Assembly: GCA_900541185.1 (NCBI GenBank)
Contig: UQIQ01000001.1
Coordinates: 6,921 to 70,920, forward strand
Length of the DNA: 64,000 nucleotides
Reading direction: 5' to 3'
From: an uncultured Collinsella sp.
GTDB lineage: Bacteria; Actinomycetota; Coriobacteriia; Coriobacteriales; Coriobacteriaceae
Below the pieces are notes generated by a model. That model worked only from the letters and a program-made list of their open reading frames with translations, was not told where the DNA came from and made no database searches. Numbering within the stretch: position 1 is the stretch's first letter; every line of letters starts with the position of its first letter. Below are positions 9,501 to 18,250 of this stretch, in pieces. Position numbers and translations under genes: made by a program.

Positions 9501-9748
9501 CAGACTTAAATGAGTACCCTAACTGGGTAAGCATAAATGAGCGGGTCGTGCTGTATAAATTGCTTGTGTGCGCGTTTATGCGCGTTAGATTGCGTTTAAT
9601 TACGCACCTATGCGTATATATGCGCCGTTTACGGGGCAATAATGACCGTTTAGCGGTGAGATACGCAAAAACACGCACAGACGCGCGTGTTTGTGCGAAT
9701 ATAGAGCTGTCAGAAATGCAAGACTTTCTATGACACAGGAGACACATA

Positions 9749-10828
9749 ATGGCAGATTCCAAGCAGGCTCCACTCGACGCCGCGGCAGCCGCCAAAGCAG
9801 CATTTGCTTCGGTCCAGGACAAGCCGTTCCCTAACGACATCTTTACGGCTCCCGAGCTCCGTTGGGCTGTGATCGGTTGCGGCGTTATTGCCAACCAGAT
9901 GGCTCAGTCCCTTGCCCTGGCCGGCCGCAAGCTTACGGGCGTTGCCAACCGCACGCTCACCAAGGCTCAGACTTTTGCCGACCAGTACGGCGTCGAGAAG
10001 GTCTATGACACGGTTGAGGATCTCTACGCCGATCCTGACATCGACGCCGTCTACATCACCACCCCGCACAACACCCATATCACCTATCTGCGCGCCGCCT
10101 TGGCGGCCGGCAAGCACGTTCTCTGCGAGAAGGCCATCACGCTCAACTCCGCCGAGCTCGATGAGGCCCGCGCCATTGCCGCCGAACACAACGTGGTCCT
10201 TATGGACGCTACCACGGTGCTCCACATGCCCTTGTATCAAGAGCTGCGCCGCCGCATGGATGCCGGCGAGTTTGGCCGCATGAACCTCGCTCAGCTCAAC
10301 TTTGGTAGCTACAAGGAGTACGGCGACCTGACCAACCGTTTCTACAATCGCAACCTCGCCGGCGGTGCCATGCTCGATATTGGCGTATACGCCCTGTCCG
10401 TCATGCGCCTGTTTATGGCGAGCCAGCCCGTCGAGGTCGTGTCTCTGGGTAACATCTGCGAGACCGGCGTGGACGTTGCAGGCGGCATCGTCTGCCGCAA
10501 TGCCGAGCAGCAGCTGGGCGTCGTGAGCCTTACGCTCCACTCCAAGCAGCCAAAGCGCTCGGTTATCAGCTTTGACAATTGCTATGTCGAGGTCAACGAG
10601 TATCCGCGCGCCGATCACGCGACGATCTTGTGGACCGCGGACGGTCATCGCGAGGAGGTCGCCGCGGGCACCGAGGCTTATGCCCTGTGCTACGAGATGG
10701 CTGACCTCGAGCAGGCCGTCGCCGGCGACGATTCCAAGCGTGAGCTTCTGGATTATGCTTCTGATGTGATGGAGCTCATGACCAAGCTCCGCGCCGATTG
10801 GGGAGTCGTCTACCCCGAGGAGGAGTAA
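9749..10828 (+). CDS. Gfo/Idh/MocA family NAD(P)-dependent oxidoreductase
   Basis: RWAVIGCGVIAN Rossmann N-terminus and the EKA(I) motif (HVLCEKAITL). CAGGAG RBS. Confidence 0.85.
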   Translation: MADSKQAPLDAAAAAKAAFASVQDKPFPNDIFTAPELRWAVIGCGVIANQMAQSLALAGRKLTGVANRTLTKAQTFADQYGVEKVYDTVEDLYADPDIDAVYITTPHNTHITYLRAALAAGKHVLCEKAITLNSAELDEARAIAAEHNVVLMDATTVLHMPLYQELRRRMDAGEFGRMNLAQLNFGSYKEYGDLTNRFYNRNLAGGAMLDIGVYALSVMRLFMASQPVEVVSLGNICETGVDVAGGIVCRNAEQQLGVVSLTLHSKQPKRSVISFDNCYVEVNEYPRADHATILWTADGHREEVAAGTEAYALCYEMADLEQAVAGDDSKRELLDYASDVMELMTKLRADWGVVYPEEE

Positions 10829-10831
10829 GCG

Positions 10832-11578
10832 ATGCTTGCGGAAGATAGGCTCAATACGATCGTGTCGATGGTGCAGCAGGCTGGCTCGGTAACGGTGCCC
10901 GAGCTTGCCGATGCCCTGGGCGTGACGGCCTCTACCATTCGACGCGACCTACAGACGCTCGACCGAGCGCACCGCATCGCCAAGGTGCACGGTGGCGCGA
11001 CAAGTCTTGAGCGCGCGCACGTGACGCGCGACCTAACGATCAGTGAGCGCAGTGATCTCCATAACGACGACAAGGAGCGTATTTGCGCCCGTGCCGCGGC
11101 CCTGGTGGAGCCCGAGAGCTTTGTGTACATCGATTCGGGTTCGACAACGCTCAGACTCATCGAGCATCTTCCGCATCTCGAATCGGTCACCTATGTGACT
11201 GATTCCGTGCTCCATGCTCAGCATCTCGCTGTGCGCGGCATGCGCACCGTGGTGCTGGGCGGCGAGCTTAAACCCGAGACCGAGGCGCTCGTTGGCCCCG
11301 ATGCTCTGGCAACCCTAGACCGCTACAACTTTAACTGCGGCTTTTGGGGTTCCAACGGCATTGCCGCCGAGCAGGGCTTTACGACACCCGATATCGAGGA
11401 AGCGCAGGTCAAGCGTATCTCGATGCGCCATACAGCCAAACGCTTCGTAATCTCGGACGCCAGTAAGTTTGGCATGGTGGCGCCCGTCAAGTTCGCGGAC
11501 TTCCGTGACGCAACGATTATTACCGCAGGCGATGTCCCCGCCAAGTACCGGGCAATGGACAACGTCATCACGGTCTAA
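10832..11578 (+). CDS. DeoR/GlpR family transcriptional regulator
   Basis: N-terminal HTH (VTVPELADALGVTASTIRRDLQTL) plus a DeoR C-terminal sensor domain. Confidence 0.85.
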   Translation: MLAEDRLNTIVSMVQQAGSVTVPELADALGVTASTIRRDLQTLDRAHRIAKVHGGATSLERAHVTRDLTISERSDLHNDDKERICARAAALVEPESFVYIDSGSTTLRLIEHLPHLESVTYVTDSVLHAQHLAVRGMRTVVLGGELKPETEALVGPDALATLDRYNFNCGFWGSNGIAAEQGFTTPDIEEAQVKRISMRHTAKRFVISDASKFGMVAPVKFADFRDATIITAGDVPAKYRAMDNVITV

Positions 11579-11694
11579 CAGCAGGGGACGGGCAAACGCC
11601 AAAACCACCGCGAAGGGGTAGGAACCTATGTGGTGGTTTTGACGTTTGTCCAGATAAAACCTGCCAAAATAAACCTGTCCCTTTTCGGCAGGTT

Positions 11695-12354
11695 TTAGGG
11701 CTCCCAGGGGCAGGGGGCTTCGATGTGGATGTGCTCGCCGGTTACGGGATGCGTAAAGGACACGCTGTGGGCGTGGAGCATCAGGCCGCAGGGGCGCGGC
11801 GTTCCGTACAGGTCGTCGCCAACCAGGGGGTGATGCTCGCTGGCCAGATGCACGCGAATCTGATGCTTGCGGCCGGTGAGCAGCTCGACATCAATATACG
11901 AGCGCGTGGGCAGGCCACGGCGGCTCTTAAGACGCTTGAGTACCTTGACGCGCGTCTGAGACGGCTTGCCGCTGGCGCCGACGCGCATCTTGCGGCTATC
12001 GTGGCGGTCGCGGGCGATGGGCTTGTCGATGAGCTTTTCGTTCCAGTCGATTTTGCCCTCGGCGAGCGCCAGATAGTGCTTTTCGAAAGCGTGGTCGATG
12101 ACCATCTGGTCAAAGGCGGGCTGCGTCTGCTTGTCGAGCGAGAACAGCACCACGCCGGTGGTGTCGCGGTCTAGGCGGTTGAGCGGCTGCATGTCGGTCG
12201 CGGCAAAGCCGTCGCCCATCGCCAGCAGCAGGTCGCTGGCGTAGTCGGTGAGCGTGCGCTCGCCGGTGCCGTCGCCGTGGACGATCATGCCAGCGGGCTT
12301 GTCGATGGCCATGAGCCAGGCGTCGCAGTAGAGGACTTGAGGTTCTTCGTTCAC
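11695..12354 (-). CDS. RluA family pseudouridine synthase
   Basis: GRKHQIRVHLA catalytic-region motif and LDRDTTGVV. GTG start 15 nt after the upstream U32 gene, with a GAAAGG RBS. Confidence 0.85.
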   Translation of the reverse strand: MNEEPQVLYCDAWLMAIDKPAGMIVHGDGTGERTLTDYASDLLLAMGDGFAATDMQPLNRLDRDTTGVVLFSLDKQTQPAFDQMVIDHAFEKHYLALAEGKIDWNEKLIDKPIARDRHDSRKMRVGASGKPSQTRVKVLKRLKSRRGLPTRSYIDVELLTGRKHQIRVHLASEHHPLVGDDLYGTPRPCGLMLHAHSVSFTHPVTGEHIHIEAPCPWEP

Positions 12355-12369
12355 GTGTAAGCCTTTCGG

Positions 12370-14862
12370 TTAGCTGATTCCCACAAACATGCAGCCCGAG
12401 GTGGCGCCGCGCAGGCGGGCGGCGGGCTTGCGGCCCGCCTGCGCGGCTTCGACGGCACGACGGACGCGGGCGACGGCACGGCCCACCTCATCCGTCTCGA
12501 GCAGCGTTCCGTCAACCATGAGACGACGCACGCCGGCATCGAGCAGCTGAGGAACCTGCGGCGTGAGGTCGATGAGGTAGGCATCGTACAGGCGAGAGCG
12601 GCCGTGGATGTCGGTGCGGACGGGCATGACCTTTCCGTCGATATTCTTGAGCGAGAGCTTGCGGGCACGCAGACGGCAGTTGACACAATCGTGGATGCAG
12701 CCGTTGGCAACCTGCAGAATGCAATGCTCGCTTGTCATGACGTGCGGGCGGCCAAAGACGGTGATGCCCAGAGCCGCGGGCGCGGCGGCACCGAGCGAGA
12801 CAATCTCGTCGAGCGTGATTTCGGGCGAGAGCCAAAACGCACCGGCTCCGCGCTCGGCAAGCGCCTCCATGCAGGCCGTGTTGTGCACGGGCAGACAAGA
12901 GCGGACTTCTGCCGTGGCGCCAACCTGGGCGGCCAGGGCAAGCTCGGAGATGTTGCCAATAGCCACCGTGGCACCGGCAACAACCCACGGGTCGACGCGC
13001 TCGTGGTCGACGGCGCGGCAGACCTCGTCGAGTACGGGCACGATACCCTGCTCAAATGCATCGGCAGGGGAGAGTCCGACAGCCTCGAGCGCGTCGGTGG
13101 TCATATAGATGCGCGTTGCACCCTCCGCGCGGGCTGCCTCGGCGGCCTCGAGCGAGGTGACGGTGGCGCAGATCTGCGGCTCGTCGCGGTAGTGCTTGGG
13201 CATGGGGCGCGTACATTTGTCGAGCACCGGCAACTCGAGCGTTTTTGCGCGCTCCTCGTACGGTGCCAGAATGGCCTCTTCCAGCGCCTTACAAGCGGTG
13301 GCGCGCACCTTGTGCACGGCGGAAAAGCCCATACCGCAGCCGGCGTCGAGCGAAACGTCAAAGCTTGCGGCCTCGAAGGGCGAGGAGCCCATGCGGCCCA
13401 CATGCTCAACCAGATCGGATGCCTCGACGGCGCGGGTCTTGGCGGCCTCGACGGTGAAGCCCGTGGCGGTGGCGGTGAGCGCGGGGTTGTCACAGCAGGT
13501 GAGTGTGACAGTAAACGGCTCGCCCAGGCGCGCCACGACGGACACGTCAACAGCTCGGCGGCGCAGCACATCGCGCTTGAGCGCGGCGCCGGCGGCGTCG
13601 ATGGCGCGCTGACTGCGAATCACGCGGACGCGGCAGCCCTCGGGCATGCTGCGGGGCACGCGACATTCGATGATGTCGCCGGCGGCGGCATCATCGGCGG
13701 CAATGGTGGTCAGGAACTGGTCAAACTCGTTATCGTGGCGAAGCTCCAGCAGGTCGCCCTTGCCCACGGGCTCAAACAACTCAATGCGGGCGATGGCGGC
13801 GCGCCGACGGCGGTCGTCGGGCTTGAGGCCGCGCACATCGCGGTTGGCCAGACGGCTGCCCAGTACCGTGCCCACGATCTGGCCGCGGTTGTTGGAACGC
13901 TCATAGCTCATCATCTCGTCGCCCGAGGTGCCGTCCTGATAGGCGTGCGTAAAGTCGCGGTTGAAGCAGCGCTTGAGCTGGCGCTGGCGGGCTGCATCCT
14001 CATCCTTGGAGGTCGAAACATCGGCCAGCATGTCATCAATCTGATGACGGTACACGTCGACGATGGAATACACGTAATCGGGGGCCTTCATGCGGCCCTC
14101 GAGCTTGAGCGATGCGGCGCCGGCGTCATACAGACGGCGAACAAGCAGCGACGTGTTGGTGTCGCGCGGGCACAGCGCGCGCTCGCGACCGGCAGGGGAG
14201 AGCGAGCGGCCGTTCTCGTCGATCAGCTCGTAAGGCAGGCGACAGGGCTGAGCGCACATGCCGCGGTTGGCCGAGCGGCCCGCCATGGCAAAGCTCGAGA
14301 GCAGGCACAGGCCCGAGTAACAAAAGCAGATGGCGCCGTGGCTAAAGACCTCGAGGTCCACATCGGGCGCGGCGTCGTGGATGGCGGCGATCTCGTCGAT
14401 GGAGAGCTCACGCGAGAGAGTCACGCGGTCGGCGCCCTGCTCACGACACCAAAGGGTTCCGCGGTCGTCATGGATGTTCGCCTGGGTCGAGATGTGTGTC
14501 TCGATGCCGGGCATCGTGCGCTTGACCTCAAAGAACAGGCCCCAGTCCTGGATAATGAAGGCATCGGCGCCCAGCGTTGAGCAGCGGTGGATGAGTTGCA
14601 GCGCATCGCCCATCTCGGACTGCTTGATGACGATGTTGACCGTGACGTAGACGCGCGACCCGGCTAGATGCGCGGCGCGGCAGGCTTGCTCAAAGGCCTC
14701 GTCGGTAAAGTTGGTGGCCTTGCGGCGGGCGTTGAAGCTGCCCATGCCGCAGTAGATGGCGTCTGCCCCGGCAGCGAGCGCGGCGGCAAAGGGCTCCGGG
14801 CCTCCGGCGGGCGCCAAAAGCTCGGGTCTGCGGTTGGTGGTTCGACTGGCGGTTGCGGTCAT
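12370..14862 (-). CDS. Peptidase U32 family protein, long form (830 aa); candidate RNA/quinone hydroxylation-type enzyme
   Basis: PELLAPAGG...GADAIYCG N-terminus. Conserved Cys cluster CFCYSGLCLLSS...RSANRGMCAQPCR. Additional C-terminal Cys motif. Confidence 0.8.
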   Translation of the reverse strand: MTATASRTTNRRPELLAPAGGPEPFAAALAAGADAIYCGMGSFNARRKATNFTDEAFEQACRAAHLAGSRVYVTVNIVIKQSEMGDALQLIHRCSTLGADAFIIQDWGLFFEVKRTMPGIETHISTQANIHDDRGTLWCREQGADRVTLSRELSIDEIAAIHDAAPDVDLEVFSHGAICFCYSGLCLLSSFAMAGRSANRGMCAQPCRLPYELIDENGRSLSPAGRERALCPRDTNTSLLVRRLYDAGAASLKLEGRMKAPDYVYSIVDVYRHQIDDMLADVSTSKDEDAARQRQLKRCFNRDFTHAYQDGTSGDEMMSYERSNNRGQIVGTVLGSRLANRDVRGLKPDDRRRRAAIARIELFEPVGKGDLLELRHDNEFDQFLTTIAADDAAAGDIIECRVPRSMPEGCRVRVIRSQRAIDAAGAALKRDVLRRRAVDVSVVARLGEPFTVTLTCCDNPALTATATGFTVEAAKTRAVEASDLVEHVGRMGSSPFEAASFDVSLDAGCGMGFSAVHKVRATACKALEEAILAPYEERAKTLELPVLDKCTRPMPKHYRDEPQICATVTSLEAAEAARAEGATRIYMTTDALEAVGLSPADAFEQGIVPVLDEVCRAVDHERVDPWVVAGATVAIGNISELALAAQVGATAEVRSCLPVHNTACMEALAERGAGAFWLSPEITLDEIVSLGAAAPAALGITVFGRPHVMTSEHCILQVANGCIHDCVNCRLRARKLSLKNIDGKVMPVRTDIHGRSRLYDAYLIDLTPQVPQLLDAGVRRLMVDGTLLETDEVGRAVARVRRAVEAAQAGRKPAARLRGATSGCMFVGIS

Positions 14863-15161
14863 ATCCTGCCTTTCAAAATGCTCAAATACTCAATAGTATA
14901 GTGGCGCCGTCGCGATGGACGATGCCCGCAGCCTAAGCAGGACAAAGTCTTCAGCAGCTTGGGCTGGCTTTCCCACATGAGAACCGTTCAGCGGTTCGGG
15001 GAAACCGTTGGGCGATAAAATATTCTCGCAACGTGATAATAATCTTGCATCGCGCGGAAACCTTGAGTACTATCCCAATCAAGCGCGGTGTTCAGACCGA
15101 ACTGTGCCTCCCGGTGCGAACGCCGCGCTCACGCTCTCTATCTGATCGTAAGGAGAAAAAC

Positions 15162-15539
15162 ATGAGCAAGACCGTCGTGTCTTCCGATAACGCACCCGCA
15201 GCCATCGGACCGTATTCCCCCGGTATCCAGACCGGCAACATGGTGTTCCTGTCCGGCCAGCTGGGCATCGACCCCACAACTGGCAAGATGCCCGAGGGCG
15301 TCGAGGCCCAGGCCAAGCAGTCCCTTGCTAACGTCGAGGCCCTGCTGACTGCCGCCGGCGCTACGTTTGCCGATGTCGTCAAGACCACGGTCTACCTGGC
15401 CGACATTGCCGACTTCGCTGCCGTGAACGAGATCTACGCCTCCAAGTTCGAGGCCCCGTTCCCCGCGCGCAGCGCTTTCCAGGTTGCCGCCCTTCCGGCT
15501 GGCGGTCTGGTCGAGATCGAGGTCGTCGCCGCTCTCTAA
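15162..15539 (+). CDS. ridA: RidA family reactive-intermediate (enamine/imine) deaminase
   Basis: APAAIGPYSPGI...VFLSGQLGIDP...ARSAFQVAALP signature. AAGGAG RBS. The upstream ORF extension was rejected. Confidence 0.9.
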   Translation: MSKTVVSSDNAPAAIGPYSPGIQTGNMVFLSGQLGIDPTTGKMPEGVEAQAKQSLANVEALLTAAGATFADVVKTTVYLADIADFAAVNEIYASKFEAPFPARSAFQVAALPAGGLVEIEVVAAL

Positions 15540-15569
15540 GGCGTTGGCAACAACTAAACATGACATGCA

Positions 15570-15607
15570 AAAAGACCCTGCAGCGCGTGTGAACTGCAGG
15601 GTCTTTT
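15570..15607. terminator. Bidirectional intrinsic terminator between ridA and the YheO-like gene
   Basis: AAAAGACCCTGCAG-N10-CTGCAGGGTCTTTT. Confidence 0.8.
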
Positions 15608-15651
15608 GTTAAGTGACGGATCGCTTGTGGAGCCGCGCTCCATTTTGCTCG

Positions 15652-16359
15652 TTAGCCCTCCTTGCGAACTTTTTGCAGGTAGCGGTAGACGCTGGGCTCC
15701 GAGATGCCCAGCGCGGTGGCGGCGCAGGCCACGGCGCCCTTGAGCATGAACACCCCGTTGCCGTTGAGGTGGCGAATGACGTCCACGCGGTCGCTCTGAC
15801 CAAGCGACGCTACATCCAGCCCGCGCGCGCTCAGCAACTCGGCAATGCTGCGGTCGATGAGCTCCTGTGTGGACTCCGAAAGGCTTTCGACCTCGATAGG
15901 GGCGGGCTCCGTGCGCGTCGGCGCCGCGTCGAAGCACGCCATGAGCTGCTGCGCCATGGCGTTGATGGAGCGTACGGTCGAGAGGTCGGTGTTGACGCAG
16001 AGCATACCGACGATCTCGTCATTCTCGCGGATAAAGTACGTCGCCGACTCCAACGTCTTGCCGCCGGCACCGCGCCCCTCGTAGCCCGTAATAAACGGCA
16101 GGTCGCGATACTTGGGGTCGTGCATGATCTTGAGCGCCAGATCGGTGGCGGGGCCGCCGACCTTGCGGCCGCTCACGATGCCGTTGCGAATATCGACGAT
16201 GGCGTGGTCGGGATCCGAGAAATCGTGCAGCACGATTTCGCTGTTTTTGCCGAGTATCTGCTCCAGAAAATCGACCATCGGCAAAAAGCGGCGTACGGTC
16301 TCGTTCACGGGCAACTCCTTTGGGTGAAAACAGAAATGTTCATAACAATTTTTTCTCAT
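15652..16359 (-). CDS. YheO-like PAS-domain / HTH transcriptional regulator (paralogue 1)
   Basis: EIVLHDFSDPDHAIVDIRNGIVSGRKVG matches the YheO-like PAS region. C-terminal HTH (ATALGISEPSVYRYLQK). Start at 16359 was chosen by alignment with the paralogue at 36575-37228. Confidence 0.7.
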   Translation of the reverse strand: MRKNCYEHFCFHPKELPVNETVRRFLPMVDFLEQILGKNSEIVLHDFSDPDHAIVDIRNGIVSGRKVGGPATDLALKIMHDPKYRDLPFITGYEGRGAGGKTLESATYFIRENDEIVGMLCVNTDLSTVRSINAMAQQLMACFDAAPTRTEPAPIEVESLSESTQELIDRSIAELLSARGLDVASLGQSDRVDVIRHLNGNGVFMLKGAVACAATALGISEPSVYRYLQKVRKEG

Positions 16360-16660
16360 GGTAACACGCTGCCCACCATCTCGTATATCCGCAGGTACAT
16401 TGCGTAATGCAGACGAACGGTAGGAATTTAGCGGTAAACGGTTGACCAAAAGAAAAGTTAGATGTTATTTTGACCAGACACTTTCCTGACCTGCGGAAAT
16501 GCGTTATTTCAGCTGAAGAATGGTCTGATAACAAAAAATTATTATTGAGAATGAGAATCATCTTTAATACGATATGCAATGAAGGCACAACCTCAACCCC
16601 GCACTGCGTCACAATAGAGCGTTAGATGCGAAAACAACTACTTCGAGGATTGGTGGTCAA

Positions 16661-18055
16661 ATGACCCAGGAGACGGTTACGAACGGCACTGAAGCCCTGT
16701 TCACTCGCGAAGGCATGCCTCCCGTTAAGGAAATGATCCCGTGTGCCCTTCAGCACGTACTGGCATCGTTTGCCGGCATCATTACCCCGGCGGTCATCAT
16801 GGCCGGCGTCTACGGCTTTAATAGCCAGCAGAGCACCGACATCATCCAGGTCGCGCTCATTCTTTCGGCGATCGACACGGCCCTTCAGGCCTTCGCTCCC
16901 TTCCGTCGCATCGGCGGCGGCCTGCCCATCGTCATGGGCGTTTCGTTCGCGTTTCTGCCGGCCCTGCAGGCCATGGGTGCCTCGGGCTTTAGCTTTGGTG
17001 CGCTGCTGGGTGGCGAGATCGTCGGCGGCGCCGTCGCGGTCCTCTTTGGTCTGGCCTACAGCAAGATCAAGTGGCTGTTCCCGCCTGTCGTGACCGGTAC
17101 GGTCATCTTCTCCATTGGCGTCTCTCTCTATCCCACGGCTGTCAAGTATATGGCCGGCGGTATGGGTACGCCGCTGTGGGGCACCCCGCAGGCCTGGTGC
17201 GTCGCTCTTATCACCTTCGCCGTGGTCTTTGCGCTCGCCAACTTTGGCAAGGGTACGCTCAAGCTGGGATCTGTGTTCTTTGGCATGATCGTTGGCATGA
17301 TCGTTTCCATCCCCTTTGGCATGATCGACTTCTCCAGCGTCGCCACCGCTCAGGTCTTCGCCCTTCCCAAGCTCATGCCCTACGCGCTCGAGTTTGATCC
17401 CGAGGTCTGCATTACCCTCGCCGTCGTGTTCCCCATGGTTGCCATCCAGGTTATTGGCGACGTCTCCGCTGCCTGCCTGGGCTCCATCGACCGTATGCCC
17501 ACCGAGCGCGAGCTCTCCGGCGCCATCGTGTCCCAGGGCCTCACCTCTATGGTCGGCGGCCTGCTGGGCGGTCTTCCCACCAGTGCCCTTGGCCAGAACG
17601 TGGGCATCATCTGCTCCAACAAGGTCGTCAACAAGTGGGTCTTTGTGATCATCGCGGCCGTCTTTGCCATCGCCGGCCTGTTCCCGCAGCTCTCTGCCGT
17701 GCTCTCCGCCATCCCGCAGCCTGTCATCGGCGGCGCGACCGTTGGCGTTTTTGGCACCATCACCATGAATGGCGTGCGCATGTTCACTCGCGAGGGCCTC
17801 ACGCAGCGCACTACCACTATCGTCGGCACCTCCGTCGTCTTTGGCCTGGGTATCTGGATGGCCAGCGGTTGCCTTGCCGGCGAGGGTATGCCCGCCTGGG
17901 TGTCCACCGTCATCGGCTCCAATGCCGTAACCCCCACCGCCATCATGGCCATTGTCCTTAACCTGATCCTTCCGCAGACGCCGGTCGTGGCTCAGCACAT
18001 CGATGCTGCCAAGGACGCTGCCGTGGATCTGGTCTTGCCCGAGAGCAAGAAGTAA
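16661..18055 (+). CDS. Nucleobase:cation symporter-2 (NCS2) xanthine/uracil/urate-type permease
   Basis: Polytopic protein of 464 aa with LQHVLASFAGIITP and NCS2-like segments (SGAIVSQGLTSMVGGLLG, QNVGII). Confidence 0.85.
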   Translation: MTQETVTNGTEALFTREGMPPVKEMIPCALQHVLASFAGIITPAVIMAGVYGFNSQQSTDIIQVALILSAIDTALQAFAPFRRIGGGLPIVMGVSFAFLPALQAMGASGFSFGALLGGEIVGGAVAVLFGLAYSKIKWLFPPVVTGTVIFSIGVSLYPTAVKYMAGGMGTPLWGTPQAWCVALITFAVVFALANFGKGTLKLGSVFFGMIVGMIVSIPFGMIDFSSVATAQVFALPKLMPYALEFDPEVCITLAVVFPMVAIQVIGDVSAACLGSIDRMPTERELSGAIVSQGLTSMVGGLLGGLPTSALGQNVGIICSNKVVNKWVFVIIAAVFAIAGLFPQLSAVLSAIPQPVIGGATVGVFGTITMNGVRMFTREGLTQRTTTIVGTSVVFGLGIWMASGCLAGEGMPAWVSTVIGSNAVTPTAIMAIVLNLILPQTPVVAQHIDAAKDAAVDLVLPESKK

Positions 18056-18250
18056 CCAATTCGGTGCTATTCGTCGGCGGACGCATCGCCTCGTCCGCCG
18101 ACGCCATGCGGCGCCAAGCCGCACTTCAAAGGGCTTGTCCCTTTGGTGAAGCGTTGACGGGAGAGGGCCCGTTTCCGGTGTAGGCCGGCGCTTCGCACTC
18201 CGCCATGTCAGAGGTGTCAAACCCCGCCTCTGATGTTGAAGGGAGCATCC

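Noticed and set aside
16360-16660. Purine (guanine/adenine/xanthine) riboswitch upstream of the NCS2 permease.
   Set aside because: I could not find the conserved three-way-junction core sequences. The region is AT-rich promoter-like DNA. This should still be checked with cmscan.
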